From: Planctomycetota bacterium
Lineage (GTDB): Bacteria; Planctomycetota; JAJSAM01; JAJVHW01
Assembly (NCBI GenBank): GCA_965248445.1
Contig: CBDFJG010000004.1
Location: 96,001-160,000, forward strand
Length of the DNA stretch: 64,000 nt
Reading direction: 5' to 3'
Shown: in pieces, positions 39,005-49,220 of the stretch
How positions within the stretch are numbered: position 1 is the stretch's first letter
Layout of the letters: each line of letters starts with the position of its first letter
The notes under the pieces: generated by a model
Database searches by the model: none
What the model saw: the letters and a program-made list of their open reading frames with translations, nothing else
Told to the model about the DNA's origin: nothing
Position numbers and translations under genes: made by a program

Positions 39005-39937
39005 TTACTCGGCGGCCTCGGCCTTCTTCTCCTTGAGCAGCGCGAACAGCTCGGTGAGGCGCCCCTCGAGGTCCGTCTTCCTCAAGGCGGTCTTGAGCGA
39101 CGACAGGAGCTTGTTCGCCTTGGCGAACTCCTCGTTCCCGATCATCTCCTCGGCGTTGTCGAGTTCCTCGCCGGCCTTCTCGAGAAGCGTCGCCTTGTGG
39201 GCGTCGATCATCTCGACGATCTTGTCGCCCTTCTTGAGGAGCTTCTTCGAGTCCTTGTTGAACTGGAGCAGCGCCTTGGCGATGCCCTTGTCTTTCATGA
39301 CTTCGGCGGCCTTGATCTTCGCGTCCTTGAGGGTGCTCAGATGTTTGCGGGACAGGCCCTTGCCGTGCTTCTTCTCCAGCTCCTCACGCATCTTCGTGAC
39401 GAGCTCGATCATCTTCTTGACCGGCTGGCTACCGCCCAAGCCACGCATCTGCTTCAGCGTGTGGGGATCGACGATCGCAGTGTAGGGGATGGACTGCGTC
39501 TCGTTATAGGACGGCGCCTTGGACTTACGGAGCGCGTAGATGTCCTCGACCGTCAGCCCGGGGAACTCGACCAGGTACTTGACCGGCTCGCCGTTCTCGT
39601 CGACCGCATCGTACTGAGCGGCCTTCTTGTCCTTCGCGTCAAGGCCCTTCTTGAGTTCCTGGAGGGACATCACCTCGACGGTGTTCTCGTTGGCGAAGTC
39701 GATGTACTTGTCGTTTTGCAGCACAGAACTGTGCATGCCCCAGCAGGGGTTTCAATAGAAGCCGTGGACGTGCACCACCATGGGTACGTTCAGCATCTTG
39801 GCTTCTTCGACGGCCGCGTCCCACGACTTGGCGTAGGTGACCGACGGCTTGATCTTGTGCTTCTTTTCCTTGGCCTGCACCACGCCGCCGGTGGCGACGA
39901 GGAGCGCGGCGAGCACGAGTGTGGTGCGTCCGAGCAT
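39005..39937 (-). CDS. Exported thioredoxin-fold selenoprotein (UxxC), ~310 aa
   Basis: ORFs 39752-39937 and 39005-39736 are in one frame across a single TGA, reading HGFY-U-NPC-WG; signal peptide; IPYTAIVDP; downstream SECIS-like hairpin. Confidence 0.85.
39718..39738 (-). promoter_or_regulatory. Putative bacterial SECIS element
   Basis: mRNA GCA-U-GCACA-GUUC-UGUGC-UGC: bulged U, 5-bp upper stem, G-first loop 22 nt after the UGA. Confidence 0.75.
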
Positions 39938-40168
39938 GTTGTTCTCCTGCCGATCGCGCGGGCCGCGATCCTGACTGCTGGGTCTTCTGTCGAGTGAGTC
40001 CCGTCCCTCGCCGGGCCGCCCCCGTCATCAAGTGGGGGGGCGCTCCGATTCGTGGCTAGGACGCCTGAGGCCGGGGCAGAGTTCCCCTGGGCTCCCCGCG
40101 AGTGTACCGCACGCCCGATCCGCCCCTGAGAGGCGGTCGGCGGCCTCGGATCGGGACCGGATGCAGCC

Positions 40169-41158
40169 TCACGGGCGCCGCAGGTCGTGAGCGGAGCCCT
40201 CCTCGTTGCGGTCAGTCGCCGGGGCGGGCGCGGGGGAGAGTGCCGAGAGCCTTGCACGGTCCTCGGTGGACAGCCGGATCTCCGCGGCCCCGAGGAGATC
40301 GTCGAGCTGGGCGACGCTGCGGGCCCCGAGCAGCGGTGCCGTGACCGCCGGGTGGCTCGCGACCCACGCCACCGCGAGCGCCGCCGGATGCTGCCCCATC
40401 TCGCGCGCGGCTGCTGCGAACGCGCGCGCGCTGCTGGCATACACATCTCCACCGTAACGCGTCTTGTACATCGCGTTCGTGGCGAGCCGGCCGACCGCCT
40501 CCCCGTCGCCCGAGTACTTCCCGCTGAGGTAGCCACCGCCGAGCGGACTGTACGGGAACACGCCGAGCTGCTCTGCCGACGCCATCGGCAGGATCTCGGA
40601 CTCCGCCTGCCGCTTCAGCAGGTTGTACATCGGCTGGATCGCGGCGACCGGGAGGTAGTCGCGCAGCGCCGCGAGACCGAGCGCTTTCGACGTCTGCCAT
40701 GCACTGAAGTTGCTGACGGCGGGATAGAGGATCTTGCCGCTGCGCACGAGGTCCTCGACTGCGCGGAGCGTCTCCTCGAGGTCAGTCACGTCGTCCCAGC
40801 GGTGCAGGTAGAAGATGTCGATTCGGTCGGTGCGCAGCCGCGCAAGGCTCGCGTCCACCGCGCGCGTGAGGTGATACAGGCTGCTCCCGCGATCGCTCGG
40901 GCCGGGACCCGTCGGGAAGTACGCCTTGGTCGCCAGCACGATCTCGTCGCGGCAGCCGCGGACGAGGTCGCCCAGGATCTCCTCCGAGCGGCCCTTGTTG
41001 TAGATGTCGGCCGTGTCGAAGTGGTTGATGCCCGCCTCGCGACACCGCGCGAACAAGCGGGCGGACTCGTCGACGTCGGCGTCTCCGCCGAACGACATCG
41101 TCCCGAACGCGAGCCGTGAGACGCGCACGCCGGTCCGCCCAAGCGGAACGGTGTCCAT
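40169..41158 (-). CDS. Aldo/keto reductase
   Basis: FGTMSFG, FDTADIY, LATK, LRTDRIDIFYLH and YSPLGGG. Confidence 0.95.
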   Translation of the reverse strand: MDTVPLGRTGVRVSRLAFGTMSFGGDADVDESARLFARCREAGINHFDTADIYNKGRSEEILGDLVRGCRDEIVLATKAYFPTGPGPSDRGSSLYHLTRAVDASLARLRTDRIDIFYLHRWDDVTDLEETLRAVEDLVRSGKILYPAVSNFSAWQTSKALGLAALRDYLPVAAIQPMYNLLKRQAESEILPMASAEQLGVFPYSPLGGGYLSGKYSGDGEAVGRLATNAMYKTRYGGDVYASSARAFAAAAREMGQHPAALAVAWVASHPAVTAPLLGARSVAQLDDLLGAAEIRLSTEDRARLSALSPAPAPATDRNEEGSAHDLRRP

Positions 41159-41160
41159 GA

Positions 41161-41484
41161 TCAGGAGGCTCCGCCCGCCGGCGCGGCCAGGCAGGCGCGC
41201 AACTCGTCGCGCACCGCGGTCTCGATCGCGCCGCGGAACATCATCGCGGTGAGAGGCACGTTCACGCGGACGCGAACGTCACGGTCGGAGACGTCCGTCT
41301 CGCCCTTGACCTGCGCCCCCATGATCTTGAAGGACAGTCCGCCGCCGTGTCCACTCCACCACTCGTCCACGTCGCTCATCTTGTCGCCGTAGCGGACCCG
41401 CATCTGTTGCACCAGGTTGCGGACGCGGGCGGACGCCTCGTCAGCGCCAAGGTCATGCTGCTCGCTGATCTCGATCTTCGGCAT
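41161..41484 (-). CDS. Polyhydroxyalkanoic acid system protein (PHA_gran_rgn-like)
   Basis: MPKIEISEQHDLGADEA start, ~107 aa, and a VPLTAMMFRGAIE-type C-terminus. Confidence 0.65.
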   Translation of the reverse strand: MPKIEISEQHDLGADEASARVRNLVQQMRVRYGDKMSDVDEWWSGHGGGLSFKIMGAQVKGETDVSDRDVRVRVNVPLTAMMFRGAIETAVRDELRACLAAPAGGAS

Positions 41485-41618
41485 CGGCGGGAGAGTAGCT
41501 GTCGCCCGCCGGAGGTCGCAGCCTTCACACCAGGCCCGCATCGGCGATACTGGACGGACCGAGGTTCGGTCGGGGGACTGTCGCTCGGTTGTCCAGGCCC
41601 CATTCGCGAGGATTCCGC

Positions 41619-43214
41619 GTGCCCACGCTGCGAGTAGCTGCGCTGATTGCCGTGGGACTTGGGTGCCTCGCCCTGCCCTCGTCCGGCGGAGCGGCGCGCG
41701 CGGAGGTCCGTCGCAGCGAGCCGTTCGTCAAGTCCGTGAACGAGGCGATCCAGCGCGGAGCGGCCTGGCTCCTCACGCAGCAGGCGTCGAACGGCGCGTG
41801 GACGTCGGGCTACGACACCTCGTACCCCGCGGCCACAACGGCGCTCTGCTACCACACGCTGCGAGTCTGCGGCGTCCCGCGGAACGACCCGCAGATGGAG
41901 ACGGCCTACGCGAAGTTGCGCGAGCAGTACGCAACCGCCGTTCGCAGGAGCCAGTTGCGCACGTACACGGCCGCCGTCGTCATGATGGCTGTCGAGGATC
42001 ACGCCCGCGGAGACCTGATCGGAAGCGCCGTCGCGGACGAGCGCGACCCCGAACGCAGGAAGTCCGCCGACGCGGATCGCGAGTGGATGGAGGAACTCGT
42101 CCAGTTCCTCCGGGTCAACCAGCGGCGGGACGGTGTCTGGCACTACGGGATCGTCGGCCTGCGGAAGCAGCGCAACCGCGGCGGGTACGACCACAGCAAC
42201 ACGCAGTACGCGCTGCTCGGCCTCAAGGCCGCTCGCCGCATGGGCGTGCACGTCGATCCCGTCATCTTCCGCAGGACGCTGGACCACCTGATCAAGGCGC
42301 AGGAGAAGCGTGGTCCACGCGTCGCCCGCTACGACGGACGCAGTCCGCAGCGCTCGCGGAGCATGACCTACGACCACGCGCGCGGCTGGGGGTACACGGA
42401 CCTGCCCAAGCCCAAGGGCGGCGGCGCGTACGGCTCGATGACTGCCGGATCACTCGGCGCGCTCGTCATCTGCCGGAGCGAGTTGATCGGCACGAAGGGG
42501 TACTCCGACCACGTGGACGAGTCCGCCGAAGGGTCCATCTGGAACGGGCTCGCATGGCTCGGGAAGAACTTCTCCGTCAAGGGCAACCCGAAGACGGGTG
42601 GCTGGCACTACTACTACCTCTACGCGCTCGAGCGCGCGGGCGTGCTGGCCGGTGTCGACTACATGGGACGACACGACTGGTACGGAGAGGGCGCGAAGTT
42701 CCTCCTCGATCAGCAAGGCCCGCGCGGGTCGTGGAACGAGGGCGGCGGCCGGGAACTCGCGACCTGCTTCGCGCTGCTGTTCCTGAAGCGCGGAACCATC
42801 CCGGTGCGGCGTGGCGCGGTCACACCGTCGGTCGAGGAGAACCCCGACCTGTTCAAGGACGCTGCGACTCTACGCGGCAAGGACTTCGACGACTTCATGG
42901 ACCTGATCGTCGCGCGGTACGCGCGCACGACGTCGGATCAGACGAAGGCGTCGTTCGTCAAGGGCCTCATCGGCCTCGGGGAGAAGGTCATCCCCGCGCT
43001 CCTCAAGCGCATGGGCGCCGGCCGCCCGAACGTCCGGCACGCGGCGAAGGAAATGCTTCTCGGTGCCACCGGTCTCACGCTGCCGTTCGATCCCGACGGA
43101 AAGCCCGAGCAGCGGATGGACGCCCTCCTCGCCTTCGAGGTCTGGTACATGGAGAACAAGCTCCGCATCCGGAAGGACCCGAAGACGGGGCTCCTCGCGC
43201 CGCAGCCGGACTGA
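41619..43214 (+). CDS. Exported prenyltransferase/squalene-cyclase-fold repeat protein
   Basis: QQASNGAW, QRRDGVWHY, DHSNTQYALLGL, GWGY, YYYLYALER and QQGPRGSW. Confidence 0.8.
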   Translation: MPTLRVAALIAVGLGCLALPSSGGAARAEVRRSEPFVKSVNEAIQRGAAWLLTQQASNGAWTSGYDTSYPAATTALCYHTLRVCGVPRNDPQMETAYAKLREQYATAVRRSQLRTYTAAVVMMAVEDHARGDLIGSAVADERDPERRKSADADREWMEELVQFLRVNQRRDGVWHYGIVGLRKQRNRGGYDHSNTQYALLGLKAARRMGVHVDPVIFRRTLDHLIKAQEKRGPRVARYDGRSPQRSRSMTYDHARGWGYTDLPKPKGGGAYGSMTAGSLGALVICRSELIGTKGYSDHVDESAEGSIWNGLAWLGKNFSVKGNPKTGGWHYYYLYALERAGVLAGVDYMGRHDWYGEGAKFLLDQQGPRGSWNEGGGRELATCFALLFLKRGTIPVRRGAVTPSVEENPDLFKDAATLRGKDFDDFMDLIVARYARTTSDQTKASFVKGLIGLGEKVIPALLKRMGAGRPNVRHAAKEMLLGATGLTLPFDPDGKPEQRMDALLAFEVWYMENKLRIRKDPKTGLLAPQPD

Positions 43215-43237
43215 CGCCGCGCCACCCGCCCAGAACC

Positions 43238-45115
43238 GTGTCGACGCGCCGGCCCCTGCTGATCGCACTGATGCTGGTGCTCGCCCTGGCGGGCGCCGCA
43301 GTCGTGATGTCCACGACACTCCCTGATCGCGACGAGAGCACGGGCGGGGGCGCGGACGCGGGCGATGACACGACCTCCGGCACCACGATCCAGGCACCCG
43401 CTATCGGCGATGCGGGATCCGAAGACTTGGTCCGGCAGCGGAACCGGGTGACACGACCGCGCGATGAAGCGGGGCCTCCCGGTCAGCCGACCGGAGGCGC
43501 ACCGCTCCCCGGCGACCACGCAGGATTGGGTGAGACGCTCGCCGCGGAACTCGCGCGGTTCGAGGTCGAGAAGCACCGCGACGACGCCCACCGGCGGCTG
43601 ACGACCGTGACTTGGCGCCCGACGAGCGACATCGACTCGTACGATCCCAATTCCGGAGCTGAAGTCGTGCTGGTCTCGGGGTACCTGGACTACGAACTCG
43701 TGCTTCTGCTACGGACGGACGAAGGCGTGCTCGGCGCGCGCATCCGCCAGCCGCGGCGAGCGCGCGGGACGCCGGGCGCGACCCGAGTGACCTATCTGAG
43801 CGTTTCGGCCGGCCGCTTCGACGAGGCGTGGCGGGCCGCGTCTCTCATCCGGACGGCTGCCGCACAGCGACGCGAACCCGTCGACCGCGGCCCACTGGGA
43901 GGACGCCGGATTGTCGGGAGTCATGCGCCCCATCACGTCGTCGCGATGCGCACTCACGGCGGGGAATCCGAGTGGCTACACCGCGGCGCCGCGCGCGGAC
44001 GCACGTTCCGGTCCGGCGTGCGCGCGTGGAGCGAAATACAGAACGAGGCGATCTTCTCGCTACTGACTGACTGCATCCGATCCTCGGAGATGGACGATGG
44101 CCCACTGTCCCTTCGTGTGCGGGACTGGGTTGCCGGGCTGATCGACGACGCCACCAAGTCGGTCGCCGCCGATACGCCATCCTTCGGGCACGTGGCACTC
44201 ACGGCGATGCTGCGCGCACTGGGGGATATCGGAACCGAAGACCACGTGGCCACGATCGAAGCGTTGCGTGCGGCCATGGAGGCGCACCCCAACGTGAACC
44301 GGTGGACGACGATCGTGGACGAAGCGCGTGTCGCCCTGTTCAAGATTCGCGCCCGTGTATCGCTCGATCAGATCGCCGCGCGCGAGGTGATCGGGTCCGC
44401 GGACGACGGCGTCTGGCAGCGCGATCTGGCGCGCTGGACGGCAGCGCTGCTACTTGCACGGGAGCCGGAGAAATACCGCGGGGCACTCCAAGAGCTCACC
44501 CGTGACCCGCGCGTGAGCGTCGCACAGTCCGCTCTTCTGTCTCTGTTGAAGCACTTCCCGGAATCGTTCGGCGACACGCTACCGGGGATGCTCGACCACG
44601 CCAGTCCGGTGGTGGCGTTGATGGCTGCCAAGGCCATGCTCTCCCGGCAGCCGGGGGACCAGCGCGCCGTCGCCGCATTGATGCGTCTGGCCGAGGACGC
44701 GAACTACCGCCCGGCGCCGACGCAATCGTTCGACCAGTGCCCTCGCGCGCACTCGGTGCGCGAGCTGGTGCAGCACGGCATATGGGAGGACGAGGCATTG
44801 CGGCACGCGTTCCGGCGCGCCGGTGAGGACGCCCGCATGGTGACTCTGAGCATCCTGCAGATCGAGAAGCGCGGCGGGCGCGTGGAGGAGCAGACGTGCG
44901 TCGCGGCGTACCGGCTCGCGCTCGATTCGCCGCGGGACCAAGGGACACTCGAGGCGGTCGAGCGCCTGATTGGATTCGGCGACACGGGAAGCTATGCCCG
45001 TCTGCGGGGCATCCTGGATGAACTGGAGCGCGACGTTCCTTCGGGTGAGCCGGACCCCCTGCTGCGCCGCGACCGCGAGCGCATCTCCTGGCTGCGCGGC
45101 CGACTGAACGAGTAG
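43238..45115 (+). CDS. Membrane-anchored HEAT-like repeat protein
   Basis: GTG start, N-terminal TM and helical repeats in the C-terminal half. Confidence 0.6.
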   Translation: MSTRRPLLIALMLVLALAGAAVVMSTTLPDRDESTGGGADAGDDTTSGTTIQAPAIGDAGSEDLVRQRNRVTRPRDEAGPPGQPTGGAPLPGDHAGLGETLAAELARFEVEKHRDDAHRRLTTVTWRPTSDIDSYDPNSGAEVVLVSGYLDYELVLLLRTDEGVLGARIRQPRRARGTPGATRVTYLSVSAGRFDEAWRAASLIRTAAAQRREPVDRGPLGGRRIVGSHAPHHVVAMRTHGGESEWLHRGAARGRTFRSGVRAWSEIQNEAIFSLLTDCIRSSEMDDGPLSLRVRDWVAGLIDDATKSVAADTPSFGHVALTAMLRALGDIGTEDHVATIEALRAAMEAHPNVNRWTTIVDEARVALFKIRARVSLDQIAAREVIGSADDGVWQRDLARWTAALLLAREPEKYRGALQELTRDPRVSVAQSALLSLLKHFPESFGDTLPGMLDHASPVVALMAAKAMLSRQPGDQRAVAALMRLAEDANYRPAPTQSFDQCPRAHSVRELVQHGIWEDEALRHAFRRAGEDARMVTLSILQIEKRGGRVEEQTCVAAYRLALDSPRDQGTLEAVERLIGFGDTGSYARLRGILDELERDVPSGEPDPLLRRDRERISWLRGRLNE

Positions 45116-45119
45116 GCGC

Positions 45120-45815
45120 CTAGTCCGCGCGCCAGTCCGGCTCCGCGTCAGTCAGGTCCACGGCGCGGGAGACCCTCTCGGACAACGCCGCGAGGTAGCG
45201 CTCCCGCGGCCACTCGACGGCGCCGATCGACTCGAGGTGCGTCGTCATCATCTGTACGTCGACCAGATCGACGCCCGATCGCTCGAGCGTCCTCACCAGC
45301 GCGACGACCGCGGCCTTCGACGCATCCCTCTCGCGGTGGAACATGCTCTCGGCCGCGAACACCCCGCCGCGGTGCACGCCGTAGGTGCCGCCGACGATGC
45401 GGTCGCCGACCCACACTTCCAGACTGTGTGCGTGGCCCAGTTCGAACAGACGCACGTACGCGGACAGCATCTCGTCCGTGATCCACGTGCCCTCCGGCCG
45501 CATCGCGCCGCACTCGGTCATCACTTCTGCGAACGCGAAGTCCCAAGTGAAGCGGAAGCGGCCTTGCTTCAGCCGCCGCTCGAGCCGTCGCGAGACGTGC
45601 AGCGTCTCCACCGTGATCACCGCGCGCGGGTCCGGCGACCACCAGATCGGCGGTAACTCCCCCTCGAACCACGGGAAGATGCCGCGGTCGTATGCGTGCA
45701 GCAATCGCGTGGCGGAGAGGTCCGCGCCGAGCGCCACGACGCCGTCCTCGTCGGCCATCTGCGGGTCCGGGAACCAGACCGGCGCGCCGGGCAGCAGGAA
45801 GGCCGGGACGTGCAT
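45120..45815 (-). CDS. aat: Leucyl/phenylalanyl-tRNA--protein transferase
   Basis: GIFPW, WWSPDPR, TWIT, AHSLEVW, AESMFH and DASK. Confidence 0.95.
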   Translation of the reverse strand: MHVPAFLLPGAPVWFPDPQMADEDGVVALGADLSATRLLHAYDRGIFPWFEGELPPIWWSPDPRAVITVETLHVSRRLERRLKQGRFRFTWDFAFAEVMTECGAMRPEGTWITDEMLSAYVRLFELGHAHSLEVWVGDRIVGGTYGVHRGGVFAAESMFHRERDASKAAVVALVRTLERSGVDLVDVQMMTTHLESIGAVEWPRERYLAALSERVSRAVDLTDAEPDWRAD

Positions 45816-45927
45816 GCCTACGAGCCTACGAGAAGGCACCGGCCTCCCCGGGGTTGGTTTTTCGGCGGTTGGTTTCGCGCCGACCGGGGCGTTCAGGCGT
45901 CTCGGGCTCGATCCCGATGAGGAAGAC

Positions 45928-46968
45928 GTGACCCGCACCAAGAACCGTGTCGACGAGTTCCTGCACACGTTGCAGGCCGAGCCGGCGCCTGCAGCGGCTC
46001 CCGGCGAGCAGGCCGTTCCCTCGCGCGAGCGCATGCCGCTGCGGAACTTCCATCCGGTCTCCCAGACGAACGCTCACGGCAAGGGCGCGATCTTCTTCGG
46101 GTTGGTGTTCGCCGGCATGGGCTCGGTCCCGTTGCTTGCGGCGCTGGACGTGATTCACGCCCCGGACTCGTCGTTCAACGTGCCGCGCTGGGCGGTCGCT
46201 GCGATGGTCTCGCTCTTCTTCGTCCTGCCGGGGATCCTGCTCGTGGTGCACGGGATACGCGGCGTCCTGCGCAATCGCAGGCGGCGCAACCTGCTCTACT
46301 CCCACCCAGACCAACCGTGGCGCGGTGACCATCGCTGGAACCCGGACGGCGAAACACGGACCGGGTGGCGCGCCGTGCGAGCGTGCGTACTCCAGGTGAT
46401 CGCGTTCTCGTTGTTCCTCGCGCCGTTCCATTACCTGGCTCTCCGCGAGGAGGGCGAGTGGTTCTTCCTCATCTTCATCGGGCTGTTCGACCTGGTGATC
46501 CTCGGACTCGCCGTCTACGGCGGATTGCTCGTCGCGCGCGCCGTTCGCTACGGACGAACGCGTCTCGTCTACGAGCAGTTCCCCGTGCATCCCGGTCAAA
46601 CCCTCTCCCTACGTTTCGAGATGTCGCGGCCACGGCCGTTCGACCGTCTGCTCTTCAGGCTGGTCGCCGTCGAGGAGGAGTACCAGCAGAGCGACGAGAG
46701 CACGCGCATCGTCCCGTACCGAACACTCGAGATGGCGCGCGAGGTCCCCGGCTCCGACGCCGGACCGGACGGCTCCGGAGGGGTCCGTATCCAGTTCGAG
46801 ATCCCCGCCGACGCACCCGGTACGTCCCTGACGGACCGGCCTCCGCACTACTGGTCACTGGTGGTGCACGGCGACACACCGGGCGCCGACTATCACGAGC
46901 AGTTCCTCGTGCCCATCTACGAGCGGTTCGCAGCCTCTGAATTCGACGTTGGGGAAGCGTTCGCCTAG
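45928..46968 (+). CDS. Hypothetical membrane protein
   Basis: Four hydrophobic segments and a soluble C-terminal domain; start uncertain (alternative 46033). Confidence 0.65.
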   Translation: MTRTKNRVDEFLHTLQAEPAPAAAPGEQAVPSRERMPLRNFHPVSQTNAHGKGAIFFGLVFAGMGSVPLLAALDVIHAPDSSFNVPRWAVAAMVSLFFVLPGILLVVHGIRGVLRNRRRRNLLYSHPDQPWRGDHRWNPDGETRTGWRAVRACVLQVIAFSLFLAPFHYLALREEGEWFFLIFIGLFDLVILGLAVYGGLLVARAVRYGRTRLVYEQFPVHPGQTLSLRFEMSRPRPFDRLLFRLVAVEEEYQQSDESTRIVPYRTLEMAREVPGSDAGPDGSGGVRIQFEIPADAPGTSLTDRPPHYWSLVVHGDTPGADYHEQFLVPIYERFAASEFDVGEAFA

Positions 46969-46996
46969 TGCGCCTCGGGGTGCGATCCTCCGCGCC

Positions 46997-47638
46997 ATGG
47001 AGGAACGCCTCGACGACCTGCGGTGGGACTATGGCGCCAAGCGTCTGCGCCGGGACGACCTGCCGAAGGAGCCGCTCACGCTCTTCAACGCGTGGATGGC
47101 GGACGCTCTGCGCATCGAGGAGCGCGAGCCCAACGCGATGGCGCTCGCGACCGCAACCGCTGACGGGCGCCCGTCCTGCCGCATCGTGCTTCTCAAGGAC
47201 GTGTCCGCGCGTGGGTTCGTCTTCTACACCTGCTACACGAGCCGCAAGGGGCGTGAGATCGAGTCGACCCGCCGCGCCGCGGGCACGTTCTGGTGGGCCC
47301 GCACCGAGCGGCAGGTCCGCGTGGAGGGCGCGGTCGAGCGAGTGGAGGAAGAGGTGTCGGACGCGTACTTCGACACGCGCCCGCTCGACGCCCGTCTCGC
47401 CGCCGCCGTCTCGCCGCAGAGCGATCCGGTGGACTCCCGGGAGCGACTGGAGGCGCAGATCGAGCTGCTGCGCAGCGCGCACCCCGACGGCGACGTGCCT
47501 CGCCCCGAGACCTGGGGCGGTTACCGCCTCGTGCCCGACCACATCGAGTTCTGGCAGGGCGGGCCGTCGCGCTTGCACGACCGCTACGCGTACGACCTCG
47601 ACGACGGCGACTGGTCGATCACCAGACTGGGTCCGTGA
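46997..47638 (+). CDS. pdxH: Pyridoxamine 5'-phosphate oxidase
   Basis: EPNAMALAT, RIVLLK, SRKG, RQVRVEG and EFWQGGPSRLHDR. Confidence 0.96.
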   Translation: MEERLDDLRWDYGAKRLRRDDLPKEPLTLFNAWMADALRIEEREPNAMALATATADGRPSCRIVLLKDVSARGFVFYTCYTSRKGREIESTRRAAGTFWWARTERQVRVEGAVERVEEEVSDAYFDTRPLDARLAAAVSPQSDPVDSRERLEAQIELLRSAHPDGDVPRPETWGGYRLVPDHIEFWQGGPSRLHDRYAYDLDDGDWSITRLGP

Positions 47639-47639
47639 G

Positions 47640-49211
47640 CTGAGCGGAAGTGAAGCACCCCTCCCGGCGTCGCGACGTCCCGACAACTGGGTGACCGACA
47701 TCGCGTCGGCGCTGGCCGCCGCCGTCCGGCGCGCGCCGTTCTGGACGCTCGGGGCCGTCGTCGTTGCGCTGATGCTCGCGGTGATCGGGGAGTCCTTCAA
47801 CGCGTTCTGCGTCGCGAGTGCTGCCGGCGGCGTGCTGGCCGCCGCATTCGTCGCACGTCCGGGGCGACAGATCGCATGGATGGGACTGGCAGGCACTCTG
47901 GTCTGCGGTGTCAGCCTCGTCGCAGCTCTGGCGCTGGACCAGGCGGGAGCGCTCGAGTTCCCATTCGTTCAGGTTGCGCTCGCCGGGCTCGCTGTCAGCG
48001 GGGCCGTCGGTGTGTCCGCGCTGGCGCGGGCGGCGGCGACACGCGGCACGCTGCACGACATCGTCGGCGTGCTTGTCGTGTCGTTCCTCGCCGCCCACGC
48101 GACCGTGGTGTGGATCTCAGAGAGCCAGAGCTTTGGCGTCGACGGACTGGCGGGGTCGCTGCTCTTGGGCGTCACCTGGTTGGGCACGTGCGGTGTTGCA
48201 CTGCTCGTCGTGCTGGACGGAACGTGGCTGCGCTGGCTCGCCTATCCGCTCGCGGGGTACGCGCTGCACAAGCTGGGCAGCTTCGACGCGCCGGCAATCG
48301 CGGGTTCGATCGCGCTGGCGATCGTCGGCGGCCGGGCCGCCCGCGTCGCGCGGCTCGAACGGCCGAGGTTCGATGACGCCGTCGCTTCGCTCGCGTCCCG
48401 CGTGGCGTGTCGCCCGTGGCGCACCGTGCTGTCGGTCGCGCTCGTCAGCCTGTGCGTCTGGTATTCGCTCGTAGACCTCGGCGCCGCCGCCGCGATGGAG
48501 CTCTGGCGCCATGACGGTCGCACTGATTCTAGCCTGGTGGACGTGTGGGTCGTCTACGGAGCACTGCCGTCCCCGTTCCTCGCGGCGGCGTTGGTCATGC
48601 AGGCCGCGCTGGAGCGCTCGTCGCAACTCGTCGAGCGGCTCGTGCCGTGGATCGCATTCTGCGTCGGCGCCGCGGCGTTCTCGTTCTGGATCCCGGACGT
48701 GCAGGAGTTCTTGGGGATCGGCGACGACGTCGCCGTCAACCATCGGACGTGGATGGTGCCAATCGCATTCGCGGCGCTCGTCCCCGGAGCGCTCGTGGCG
48801 TCGCGCCCACCGCATGGGCGAGTCGGGCTTCTCGAGTGCGCGCTGCTCGTCATGACGGTGGTGGCCATCGTCAAGATCGGGTTCGCCGCGCACATGTTCG
48901 AGGACACGCAGGCGTTCCAGGTCCTGTACTACGTCGGCCTGCTGGCGGTCGCGGCGTGGTTCGCCCTGATCACGCGGACCGCGGCCACACTCATGAGCGT
49001 CCAGTGGATGTGGTTCTTCGCACTGCTGACGACCGCGGCCATCACGGCGGGTCTCACGATCTTCGTCGATGACACACGCCTCATCGTGGTCGTCGGCGGA
49101 TACGTCGGGCTTTACGCGGCTACCGGCGTCTGTGCCACGGTTCTGACACGGCGGCTGCGCTGCCTGACACCTCTCTCGGCCGACCACCCTGCGCGGCTCC
49201 TGCCCGAGTAG
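47640..49211 (+). CDS. Polytopic membrane protein, paralog 1 of 3 (start uncertain)
   Basis: PDNWVTDIA...RR N-motif and TPLSADH C-motif; many TM segments. Confidence 0.65.
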   Translation: MSGSEAPLPASRRPDNWVTDIASALAAAVRRAPFWTLGAVVVALMLAVIGESFNAFCVASAAGGVLAAAFVARPGRQIAWMGLAGTLVCGVSLVAALALDQAGALEFPFVQVALAGLAVSGAVGVSALARAAATRGTLHDIVGVLVVSFLAAHATVVWISESQSFGVDGLAGSLLLGVTWLGTCGVALLVVLDGTWLRWLAYPLAGYALHKLGSFDAPAIAGSIALAIVGGRAARVARLERPRFDDAVASLASRVACRPWRTVLSVALVSLCVWYSLVDLGAAAAMELWRHDGRTDSSLVDVWVVYGALPSPFLAAALVMQAALERSSQLVERLVPWIAFCVGAAAFSFWIPDVQEFLGIGDDVAVNHRTWMVPIAFAALVPGALVASRPPHGRVGLLECALLVMTVVAIVKIGFAAHMFEDTQAFQVLYYVGLLAVAAWFALITRTAATLMSVQWMWFFALLTTAAITAGLTIFVDDTRLIVVVGGYVGLYAATGVCATVLTRRLRCLTPLSADHPARLLPE

Positions 49212-49220
49212 TCTCGACGG

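Noticed and set aside
41417..43237. First half of the 1232-aa ORF
   Set aside because: Alternative frame over the prenyltransferase-fold gene; protein-like sequence begins at GTG 43238.
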